A DNA stretch of 17,820 nt from Octopus sinensis (lineage: Eukaryota), in contig NW_021824738.1 of the NCBI RefSeq assembly GCF_006345805.1, positions 1 to 17,820 on the forward strand, written 5' to 3'. Position 1 is the stretch's first letter, and each line of letters begins with the position of its first letter. This document shows positions 1 through 10,455 of the stretch, in pieces. A program made the position numbers and the translations under genes. The notes below the pieces were generated by a model, which searched no databases, was not told the origin of the DNA, and saw only the letters and a program-made list of their open reading frames with translations.

Positions 1-495
1 ACCTTCCACCCACCCTGTATATTACAATAAACATTCATATCAATAAATCGCAGCTTGTCGGATAATTCAGTATAGCTATTTTGTACCGAAATACACAGTA
101 TAACTGAGGCGGGGTACGAATGGGTTTGTGAGCCCAACTTGTTTCTCAGTAATCCACCAACAATGCTATAATACTGTGTATATTATGTCAACCTGGAACT
201 AGAAATAAATGTTTTTATATATCTGGAACTCGAAATTACTAACCCCACCTTCATGAGAAACTGCATATCCTGGAAAAACCTGAAATATCCATCGACATGA
301 GGAGCATGAAACTTCTGTAGTCAACAAAAATACGACCTGGTAATAACATCCTCATCATTAGCTGCTGATAGTGTGGAAAATCAACCAAATCCCTACACAC
401 CCACCCTCACAAACGCACACACACATATTCACACACGTTCACGCACACATTCAACTTTAAAATGAAGGGTTTGATGATATAATCGCTAATTAGGT

Positions 496-1850
496 AACAA
501 TTACAGATATATTGGACTGAATGAGAATGTCAGATATGATGGAGAGAACAAATAAGGAGAGAACCAGGAGAGTAAAAAAATATATAGTCATCAGAACTCA
601 CATTTTACAACAAGCACATTGCTCGCAACACCTTTTTAGTACCTGGTTTCACGCCTTCTGAACTGATTATTACCTGATCTCAGTAAGACATGTTTGAACT
701 TGCAAACTGGAAATTTTAACATCAATGGTTATGTAGACCGGCTTTACTTCACACGCAAGGATGATGGCTTTGGTCTCAAATCTGTATCGCTGTCATATGG
801 AACACATTGGGTCGCTGAAACATCTCTAGAATGGGAAATAGACTTGTAACTATAATGCCCAGACAGGCATATGAGCATGAAATCAACAACATAATTATGA
901 TAACTTATAAACATTAGGAAAGGTATAAAATAAGAGCTGATACAGATCTCTCCATCATGAGCACTGATGAAATTTATTTATCAAAAGAAGAAAATGATGA
1001 AATAAATCAGTTCACTGAGAAAACAGCACCGGGGTACTTTGAACGAAAAACACAAACCATGGTAGGAAATGATCATTTGAAAAGTTTGGTACGTGGACAC
1101 TTATAAGTTTGTGATATCCTACTTAGAAAGTTACCTAAATGGAATTCAAGAACAAGAGATTTCCACCAAGTATCAAGAGCTCAAAAGGCAGAAAACACTG
1201 ACAGACAACAAATGTAGGCTCTGCAAGACCGTGACTGAAGACTAATGGTCAACTGAGAGAGAATGTCATCCAGAGATTATCTTTCTATGAGACATGGTGC
1301 GGTGGTCAGGACAGCCTGGAACAGGATAACGAAAGAGAAAACTCTTTCAGACGAAGTCGACTATATTGAGACCAATGGGCCAAAAGAATATTGGTGGAAC
1401 TTAGAAACCAAAAGAACCTTAAAACTAAACCGGCCAGATATTGTTGTGTGGGATCACAAGAAAAAGGTATGTTCTGTTGTGGAAATAATCTAACCTCTAG
1501 CTACCAAAGTGGTTAGAAAATTACAAGAGGAAGAGGACATCTATGGACTATTCATGAAGTGTTTGCAAATCCGGAACCCAAGGTACACTTTCATACCTAT
1601 TATTGGAGCAACATGATGTATACGAACTCGTCTGGGGCAAAGTATGACTGAACTTGGGAAGATGGGAAGAAAATGCAAATCCTTAATTTATACACTACAA
1701 ATAATCTCGATATGAGGGATTATAGAAATTCGTAAGACCCCTTCTTAAGATTTAAATGATGCTTAACAAAACAAGATGCTTTTCTTCACATCCTCGCTAC
1801 CAAGCAGGTGGTCGGTCAAGATTCATTCTAAATTAAAAAGAGAGAGAGAT
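496..1850 (+). mobile_element. Degraded 5'-truncated non-LTR retrotransposon of the RLE type (R4/Dong-like): RT end, thumb, zinc knuckle and restriction-like endonuclease
   Basis: Hand translation across stops and frameshifts gives the expected domain order. NYRYIGLNENVRY at 499-537 is the RT YKYLG-like motif. VDRLYFTRKDDGFGLKSV at about 733-786 is the thumb motif DRLYxxRxxGGxGL. GIQEQEISTKY...DNKCRLCK lies at 1141-1227, and RH...EYWWN...LNRPDIVVWDHKKKVCSVVEI is in ORF 1263-1493 (RLE PD..D core). The in-frame continuation IYG..LQ..P..FIPIIGA..LQIISI..RKT ends near 1759. It is followed by a short UTR and (AG)5. Confidence 0.87.
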
Positions 1851-3085
1851 CATTCTTTTATACATATGTACGTATATATACATACATTGTCATTTAAGTA
1901 TATATGAGCATGTCTAGATATGCAAGAATATGTATGAGAATAAATACAAAAGAAAAAATCTGCACATATACATATATACCTACATACAAAAATACCCTGT
2001 TGATTTTGTTAAAATTCCAAAGAAGGAGCTTTGAATCTAGGTTAGAAACCGGCTCCTTATTGGCAAGAAATCTTGAAATAAAACTGAATAATAATATACA
2101 TACATACACACACAATAAGTGATTTACATTCCATATACGCTGACTTGCACAGATTTTCCATAATATCCTCTTGCGACTATTTAACTTCAAAATATCAAAT
2201 TTGATCTCATATCAATTATGATAATTGATACAAAGCAAATTAAGTTTGGACTTACGAGGAATGTCAGTGGATCTACTGATGCCTCAATTATTTCTTGTGC
2301 ATATATAATAATAATTAAATTGCAATAGATTAGTTATCTTCGTTTATTATATATTACTCTGGTGGCTTCATTTCTTTACAGATATGTGATAATGCACTTA
2401 TCCTCCATCTTTTAAAGAGCGCATGTGTCCATAAAAACCGAATGTAGCGCCAGCATATTCTCGTCATGGTTATATGATTATAGATAATTATAACGAATGC
2501 ATCAAATATTTAAATTAAATTAGAATTTCTCTCCATACACAAAAGAGTAGGATGAACGCCTTTACTAACAACGAATAAAAACTTGCAAAAATGTAACCAC
2601 CTACTATATGATTCAACCACAGTAGTGGTTGAATATATTCTCAAGTCCGCCATTTCGTCAATCGCAGCAGCTTTCAAGTTTCATTCATTTGTAAACTAAA
2701 TTGCAAACTGTTAACAGTTTTAAAGAGGACACCTACACCTCTTCAGCTACAATTTGGCATAAATAGTTTGAGATTTGGTTCAATAGAAAAATGTTACATC
2801 AAAATATCTGCGACCTCAAGGGGTGGGGGAGTAAGACACCTATTCATCTTCAATTAACATAATTCTTTTAATTTTAAAATTAAAGTATACATTTCCTAGG
2901 CTTAAATGATAGAAAAATGCATAAAGAATTCAGAATCGTTAGTCGCATTGAACAGAAATTAGTTGAAAAATAGTTAAGAGGTAAAATGTTTCGAAATTTA
3001 ATGTCAATAAGTAAGGAAATAAAGGAGTAACGCCCAAGCAATCAGAATAGAGAATATATTTTTAAAATGAATGTTTCCATTCTAA

Positions 3086-3199
3086 GTCGGCGAGCTAGCA
3101 GAAACGTTACCCCCACCGGGCAAATGTTTAACGGTATTTCGTCTTTCTTTACGTTCAAATTCCACCGAGATCGACTTTACCTTTCACCCATTTCGGATC
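3086..3199 (+). mobile_element. 5' fragment of a tRNA-derived SINE (second octopod family)
   Basis: GGCGAGCTAGCAGAAACG head, B-box-like GTTCAAATTCC at 3153-3163, then GATCGACTTTACCTTTCA. It resembles an abundant octopus SINE as I recall it; not database-verified. Confidence 0.6.
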
Positions 3200-3497
3200 T
3201 ATTCAATTACAGATTAATTTTATTTTTGACTAAACACTTTCAAACTTCCGATACTGATAGAATGTGTCACATAGAAAAGGGTTTGCTCTTAACGTTTTTG
3301 ATAAAATTTCGTATTTTAGAAGTTATTTCGCCGGAAGTTACAGAGTGACAATGGACAAATTCGTGTTTGATAAGTGCCAATACACGAAACTCTGAGCTTT
3401 TGACTTACTCTCTATCTTCTGCCGATGATATATAAACATATTACATATATGTGTAAAAAAGTCATCACGCAATCGAACCAATGAAAGAGCCTCTATC

Positions 3498-3625
3498 TGG
3501 TCGCTCGACATGCTAAAAATAGCAGCCAAAGTATACTCCTACCTAAATCATACGCCCATTGTATGTAATATCCTAGATTATCCCTAAAAAGACGGTTTGC
3601 TGAAGACTGGAATGTCTCTGATGAT
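3498..3625 (+). repeat. Probable fragment of an interspersed repeat (unclassified)
   Basis: TGGTCGCTCGACATGCTAAAAATAGCAGCCAAA... resembles a recurrent octopus repeat from memory only; there is no internal structural proof. Confidence 0.3.
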
Positions 3626-4154
3626 ATGTTTGTAGTATCAGGATTGATTTGAGACTTAAAAACAACAACATTATGGTAAATTTCTATATTAACACCCGCA
3701 CGATTTTCACTAAGAAAGAAAAAAACAAAAAATTTGATTTTTTGCGTGGGATCAAGTACCCTGACCTCCTAACATGCTGCAAATCCTTTATTTTGGTTCG
3801 GAAAAAATGTGGTGGATGCGTTCCTGGCCCCAATCCCGGAGTCATTGGATTTTTTTTTTTTTTTGGTAAATGAATTCCTGTGACCTCCTAACATTGCAAA
3901 ATTAGGTGAGCCTGGTAACTGATGGTTTTGAGACCTTGTTGTTTGTAACTTACTTTTGGTGAGCCATGATGCAACCAGCAACATGGTAAAAACCCCTACC
4001 ATTAATTTGGTGTGGATGGGCAATATAAAATAATTGAATCATAACATACATTTCAATTAAACATGAAAAAAAAACTTGAAATATTATCATCACCTACATG
4101 GAAAAATTGAAATATTATCTTTCAGTATTTTATAAGGTAAAATCTTAAATTATT

Positions 4155-4738
4155 GACACATTATTAATTATCTTATAACAGCAATGCCTGGAAAAATCAT
4201 GATTTACGTGGAAAAATGCGAGCATGAAAAGTAATATTCTTAAGATTATAAACCTGGAAAAATACAGGACAAATTATTACACCTGGAAAAGTATAGGACA
4301 AACTATTACTTCAAGTAAAGTAAAGAATAAGAAACTTTTTACTGAAAATATTGCAGATAAAATCAAAATTTGAATATTAAAAATATTTTATTACAGTTTA
4401 CAAAGAATTTGGCTAATTTACTACCTTAAAAACAGAAAAAAAGTGATTAATTAGACAAACTTACAAATTAGCTGAACAGTTTTGTACAATAAACTTAAAA
4501 GATGAGAACTGTAAAGAGGGATAAATTAGCAGAACTGGCATTCTTTGCCGCAATATTTTAAGTAAAAAGTTTTCTTATTCTTTACTTTACTACAAGTAAT
4601 AGCTTGTCCTATACTTTTCCAGGTGTAATAACTTGTCCTGTACTTTTTCAGGTTTTTAATCTTAGGAATATTACTTTTCATGCTCGCATGTTTCCATGTA
4701 ATGATATTATTCAACATAATAAAGTAATTATTTGTGTC
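4155..4738. repeat. Long inverted repeat (foldback/MITE-like) with 30-bp internal subrepeats
   Basis: Segment 4218-4354 is the reverse complement of 4550-4687, with about 7 mismatches and 3 gaps by hand alignment (about 93%). Weaker pairing extends out to GACACA (4155) and TGTGTC (4738). The spacer is about 195 bp. A unit resembling ACCTGGAAAAGTATAGGACAAACTATTAC occurs twice per arm (4251-4309). Confidence 0.88.
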
Positions 4739-5069
4739 CTGTACAGGAAAAGTTCCTCTGACCATATCACAATTTATATGAGCCTACAAGTCTACAACGT
4801 TCTATCTGGCCATGATGATAACGAAATAGTACGAAGGTTTAAAATTTCGATATATACTTGGTATGTGGATGATATGCGCTTCATAATAATTACAATGTAA
4901 CATTTCAACAAATTATACAAACTCAGTTTTAAAGTTTAGAACAGCGAAAATATATTTCCAAGTAATGCAACGGTTCCAATTCTACACATAAATCTACTGC
5001 TAAAATATAGCTAATATATCTCAAACATCTACATCCATTTCAAAGACACATACAGATCCTTGTACTCAT

Positions 5070-5360
5070 GTAACCTGGCTTGGCTTCATGTTCTTACTTG
5101 ATATGGCTGGGGTCAGAGACGTTATCATGCGTAGAGCCGACCAGGTCCACCAGTATCCTCCATAGCTGGATGTTCTGTGCCAGTCCCTCTGCATGCTCTG
5201 AGGTGATGTCGAGCCTCTGGAGATCTTCCGTAATCACATCCAGCCATGTGATGCAGGGCCTGCCGCGAGGCTACTTCCAACCTGCAGTTCCAGGGTCGAA
5301 TGAGAGTGGAGGCCTACAACGATCGTCTAGTGGGAGATGGACAGCAATGACGTGAGAAGC
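5070..5360 (-). mobile_element. 3' end of a 5'-truncated RTE-like LINE
   Basis: The minus frame 5360-5094 reads SHVIAVHLPLDDRCRPPLSFDPGTAGWK*PRGRPCITWLDVITEDLQRLDITSEHAEGLAQNIQLWRILVDLVGSTHDNVSDPSHIK*. This matches the LINE ORF C-terminal pattern W.RPRGRP..TW.D.I..DL...LAQ...WR..V. It is followed by a short AAGCC-type repeat tail. Confidence 0.85.
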
Positions 5361-6172
5361 AGTTAATATCCATGGAAAATTTTATGTGTGGAATCCTTAC
5401 ATAAAAGAACATTTAGATTCTCCTACACCATCATAGTACTAGATAAAAAAAATTCACAGAATAAAACCATCAGTGCTCAACACAATAGGTTTTGCAACAA
5501 AATAATGGACCGAACCATTGAATACTACACGAACAAAGCAATAAAATATATATCTACTAAAACGTACAAACGAGTCATAATGTGTATTATATAAATCAAA
5601 TGTATAGAATAGATGAATATATTATCAAAAGTTATGAAGCCTGAACGCAAAATCTTTTGAGACATTTCCCAGTATGCTCATGACTAAAGAATATCAGTCA
5701 CACGCCTGGTGTATATTGAATCTGGTAATAATAATAATAATAATAATATATCTCAAAACGCAAAAATTAAACGGGGTCCGATAATAACGATTATACGAAC
5801 GGCAATTAACTAATGTAACATACAAAATAGATTACAAGGCCATACGTGTTAAAGATTCTTGTGATGACACACCAGGCACATATAACAAGGACCAATTGCA
5901 AAAGTCAATGTAATACCGACAACACGAAACAAATTACTTAGGAGGAACGTAGTGAATAACACATTTGTCCTATACAGAATTCCCACGAAATGGAAACAGT
6001 TAATGGTGCAAGGAATACTTAGAATCCAGCACAATGTTAAAACAGAGTTAATAATATCCACCAGTCACTAACTTTGAAAAGTGATGTAGAATGCAACGGT
6101 AAAAATCAAAATTTAAAATGTTTCTGTCTACATGAGAAAGACATGGAGATAAAAAACAATGAAGGTTTATCT

Positions 6173-6236
6173 ACACACACACACACACACATATATATAA
6201 AAATATATATACATATATACACACACACAAATATAT

Positions 6237-6296
<60 letters not shown>

Positions 6297-6405
6297 CATG
6301 TGTGTATTCAAAATATATGTATCTGTATGTATACACGCAATATGTGTATATATATATGTATATATATATAGACATACATATATACATATATGTATATAAA
6401 TAGAC

Positions 6406-6448
<43 letters not shown>

Positions 6449-6492
6449 TATATATACATACATACATATATATAAATATATATATATATATA

Positions 6493-6525
<33 letters not shown>

Positions 6526-6850
6526 CATATAAATTTTATACATATATACATATATAAATATATACATACGTATATACGTATATACACATATATATACATA
6601 TGAATATATATATATTATATATATATATATATATATACATATATGTATATACATATATACATATATAAATATATATATATATAATATATATATATATACA
6701 TATATACATATATACATATATATACACACACACACAAATATATATATATATATATATATACATGCGTGTATATTTATGTGTGTATATATATATATTGTAT
6801 TCACACAATTATATACATGTGTGTGTATATTATATATTCATACACACACA
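6173..6850. repeat. Compound (CA)n/(TA)n/(TACA)n microsatellite
   Basis: Directly visible; it is the source of the spurious YI/HT-repeat ORFs. Confidence 0.97.
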
Positions 6851-7084
6851 TTTTCACACAAAATCTTACATCCATGTGAATTGTGTCGTTCACTTCATGC
6901 ATAGTCATGTATGCGTGCCTACACTTTACGCACGTATGCTCACTCTAACATTATGCATGCACGTGCACAGATGTATAAACGCTATTTCAAATAAAATACC
7001 ATTGTTCGCTGCAATTAAAAGTCGATTTGACAAATATGTTTAATGTATACGCCTACCATATTTTCTACCAGGTATAAAGCCACA

Positions 7085-7454
<370 letters not shown>

Positions 7455-7512
7455 TGCGTGTGAGTGCCTCTGTGTGTAAATCTATTTATAAGTATTTTAC
7501 ATAAGTGTATCT

Positions 7513-7595
7513 ACACACACATACACATGTAAGCAAACACATAGACACGCACACACACACACACACACACACGCACACACACACACACACACACA
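7513..7595. repeat. (CA)n microsatellite
   Basis: Directly visible. Confidence 0.95.
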
Positions 7596-7596
7596 T

Positions 7597-7998
7597 ATGT
7601 CTTTTATCTTTTACTTTTTTCCAGCCATTAGACAGTGGTCATGCTGGAGCAACTTCTATTATTTTACTCCAGCGAATCGGTTCCCGGTATTTTTTTCTTT
7701 TTAAACCAGGTTCTTATTCTGTCGGTCTCTTTTGCCGAACCCTGAGTTAATAAAGACATAAATACGCGTATCTGTGTGAGTGTGTGTGTGTGTGTGTGTG
7801 CGTATGTGTGTGTGCGTATGTGTGTGTGTGTGTGTGTTTGATTGGTTTTCTTCAGTTTCCGTCTTTCAGGTCCAATCACAAGGCTTTGGTCTGGACAAGG
7901 CTATAGTAAAAGGTAGTTGACCAACATACCGCACAGTAGGACTGAAACCGGACTCGTGTTGTGGGAAACATACTTTTTAACACAACCACGCATTAGGC
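7597..7998 (-). mobile_element. Degenerate full-length tRNA-derived SINE (same family as 15544-15997)
   Basis: The reverse complement aligns with the 15544 copy. The tail TCTTTTACTT...GGTCATGCTGG...TCGGTCTCTTTTGCCGAACC lies at 7606-7741 and the internal TG microsatellite at about 7772-7836. The head CAGTTTCCGTCT...CACAAGGCTTTGGTC...GCTATAGTA...CAGTAGGACTGAA lies at 7852-7947. Confidence 0.87.
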
Positions 7999-8041
7999 GC
8001 AGGTGTGGTTGTGTGTTAAGTATCTTGCTTCTCGACCACGG
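7996..8041 (+). mobile_element. Short SINE head fragment, head-to-head with the preceding copy
   Basis: GGCGCAGGTGTGGTTGTGTGTTAAGTATCTTGCTTCTCGACCAC matches the head of the 15544 copy (GCGTAGGAGTGGCTGTGTGGTAAGTAGTTTGTTTACCAACCAC). Confidence 0.6.
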
Positions 8042-8129
8042 AAGGAGAAAATCGCCAACGATTCCTGTATGGTTGATATATATATATATACATACATACA
8101 TACATATATCTAATTGTCAACCGAAAAAA

Positions 8130-10284
8130 TACCATGTGCTTATTAATAAAAGAGAAGTTTTTGAAACAAGAATAGCTTACCTACAGCATTCTCCTGTTAA
8201 AAATTCTATAGAACTTATGGCTGGTTTGAAAACGTTTAGAAATTAATTTTAAGAATCCCCTACCTATATTTGTCTTTGTGGTAATGTTAAATGCCGGATT
8301 AAATCACAAAACTTTCCTAGTTCTGGTTTTAATTGGTCTATTATTGCTAGAAGCAGTTTCACTATACTGGTTCTTCTTCGAGAATCTACTTAATGCATTA
8401 CAATAATACGGCGCAACATTTTGAAACGCTGTCTCGTCTGAAGATATGGATGTTATGCGCCTTCCTATATTACTAACTAGGTTCTTAAGAATTACGTGCG
8501 GATGATTTGATTCTTTGTTGATATATAAAAAAACACTCTTATCATTGGGCTTACGGTAAGGTTTAAATTTATCTAATTGCAAATCTAAATTAATATCTAA
8601 AAAATCTACCTTATTAAGATTTCTTTCTATCATTATCCGTTAGCCAATTCTTTGGAAGTAAGTAATAAGATTCGTCCTAAGTTTATCTAACACATGGCCG
8701 TTTAAATGATGGGTGACTATAAGACCGTCATCCCTGCATAATAATCCTGCATCTATAAAAGGGAATTCTGGATGCAAATTATGCAAAATATAAGCTTCTA
8801 TAAACATACACAACACCGCCCTTATAAAATTCCCCCATCGGTACATCGGATAGAGAATCCTAGTCCAGGTGGAATCATCGTAAAAAAAAGAGAGATTTCT
8901 TGCATGCAAGATAACATCTAAATCCGAGTTATCGATGTTGACATACTGCTTTGCGAAGTCTGATTTTTTAAGAAGTAAAGGCCTGGATATTGACGGGTAA
9001 AAATCGACAATATCGAACTGAGTAAATTTGCAGTTGTGTTTATGGCTAATTCCTTTGAACCTATCAATCACTGGCTTGCTATTTCCCCAAATCTGCAAAT
9101 TTAATTCACTATTTAACCTGCTTAAAATAGAAACTAAAATACTTTTGCTAATAACGTCTATTTCAGGTTTAGCTGGGTTAATTAGTCTACATTTAGGGTT
9201 TCTATTGAAATTTGCTTTGTAGTCCTTCAGGGTAATAAAGGGTTGGTGTGGGGAGAGGTATTCTATCCTATCACTAACTTTAAGATTGTTACCAATACTT
9301 CTTGCTTCCAAGTTCGTCACTCTATATAAATTCATGTTATCTTTTTTTTGTGGGTGTTTGTAATGCTATTCCAAAGTACACCTTTCTAAACATCTTTGTC
9401 AACCGCGTATAGTTTTTTGTTTTGTCAGAGTTTACGAAGATCTTTTCCGAGTTCTTAATGTTTCTGATTTTTTACTTCATATCTCACTGGAATTGGTTGT
9501 TAACTTTGCGGAATTTTATTCTTCTAATAAGCTTCAAAATGTCTTTTTCAAAATCTTCTAATTCCGAAATAGGTGGTGTTTTTTTTTTAGAAGATTTAAA
9601 GCCATAATGTGTTTCCGTTGATTTATTGCTTGGTGTCAAAGAAATAAGCTTTACATCTCATTCTTTGGATAAAATCCTCCATTTTTTTTTGTTTCTTTTT
9701 TTTCAATAAGACTTTTGAAGTACCGTAAATCCTCGAGTATAATCCGCACCCCCCCCCCCCAAATTAATTTAAGGGTCAAAATCCCTAGTGCGTACTATAT
9801 ACGAGGCTAAAATGAAAATTCTTTTCTAAGCAATGTCTGAGTCTCTATTTGCTGTTCGGCAATGTTTATTCAGACGCATTTTATGATGTCGGGCGCGAAA
9901 ATACCTTAAGCTAAGCCTGAAAGCAATGAAGTCATAAAAGAATCATCCATAACTTGCAGTAAGCAACATTTATTAAACGTTATTACTGTTATTTCTTTAT
10001 TTTCTGCAAACAAAATGCACAAAAAAAGTTACACGTTTGCATTATGTTATATATACAATAATAATAAAGGACGTTACCGTATACATTTTTACAAACCAAC
10101 GATGGTATATAGACCTCCTTGACTCAAGTTAGAGAAGGGGTGCGTATTATACACAAGGTTTACGTTTTTCAGAGGTACAGCCTTCTAAAAATCCCCTGCA
10201 TATTATACTCAAGGGCGGACTATACTCGAGGCTTTAAAGTATTGCTGCTGTGCCAGGATAGGTGTTGTTTAGGGAAAAATCCAT
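8130..10284 (-). mobile_element. Penelope-like retroelement (PLE) pseudogene: N-terminal domain, RT, thumb and linker; GIY-YIG domain missing
   Basis: Reconstructed ORF: MDFSLNN.PILAQQQY|FKSLIEK..MEDFIQRMRCKAYFF..YGFKS..PPISELEDFEKD..SDKT. ORF 8640-9335 carries FITLKDYKANFNRNPKCRLINPAK, FDIVDFYPSI, DVPMG (in a shifted frame) and GLLCRDDGL (YRDD-type catalytic motif). ORF 8304-8633 carries VDFLDINLDL..PYRKPND..YINKESNHP. Past the TGA it reads FNPAF..TNIGRGFLKLI..HKFYRIFN...VSYSC. Multiple stops and frameshifts; truncated at a TA/TACA repeat. Confidence 0.93.
9723..10239. mobile_element. Non-autonomous Tc1/mariner-superfamily MITE (Tc2/pogo-like), 517 bp
   Basis: TA target duplication at 9721-9722 and 10240-10241. 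TIRs are CCGTAAATCCTCGAGTATAATCCGC and GCGGACTATACTCGAGGCTTTAAAG (the latter imperfect). Subterminal GTGCGTATTATAC.CAAGG-type repeats occur at 9788, 10140 and 10196. Excision restores the PLE reading frame. Confidence 0.9.
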
Positions 10285-10455
10285 TTCTTTCAGCTATTTC
10301 TTCTTTCTACATGTGGACAGTCGCTCAGAGTTTCTTAAAAAAGAGCTGCGACACCAGAATAAGCGCATAAATACGAAACAAGGTGGGAAATAATATAACT
10401 CGAATACCGGAGGTAGAGTAATATGCTTTATTAATAAAGCTGTATAGACATCACA

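Noticed and set aside
2373-2448. TTTCTTTACAG acceptor followed by ICDNALILHLLKSACVHKNRM*
   Set aside because: No recognisable protein and no partner exon; such acceptors are common by chance in AT-rich DNA.
2647-3483. YY1-like CCGCCATTTT (2647), ETS CCGGAAGT (3331) and CCAAT (3479) as a promoter
   Set aside because: The motifs are short, scattered over 800 bp and interleaved with repeat fragments, with no supported downstream exon.
8304-8306. In-frame TGA in the PLE as a selenocysteine codon
   Set aside because: It falls at the expected Trp of the WFNP motif (TGG to TGA) in an element with many other stops.
9028-9607. Plus-strand ORFs 9028-9222 and 9422-9607 (also 5080-5355 and 14774-14992)
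   Set aside because: They are antisense shadows of transposon coding remnants.
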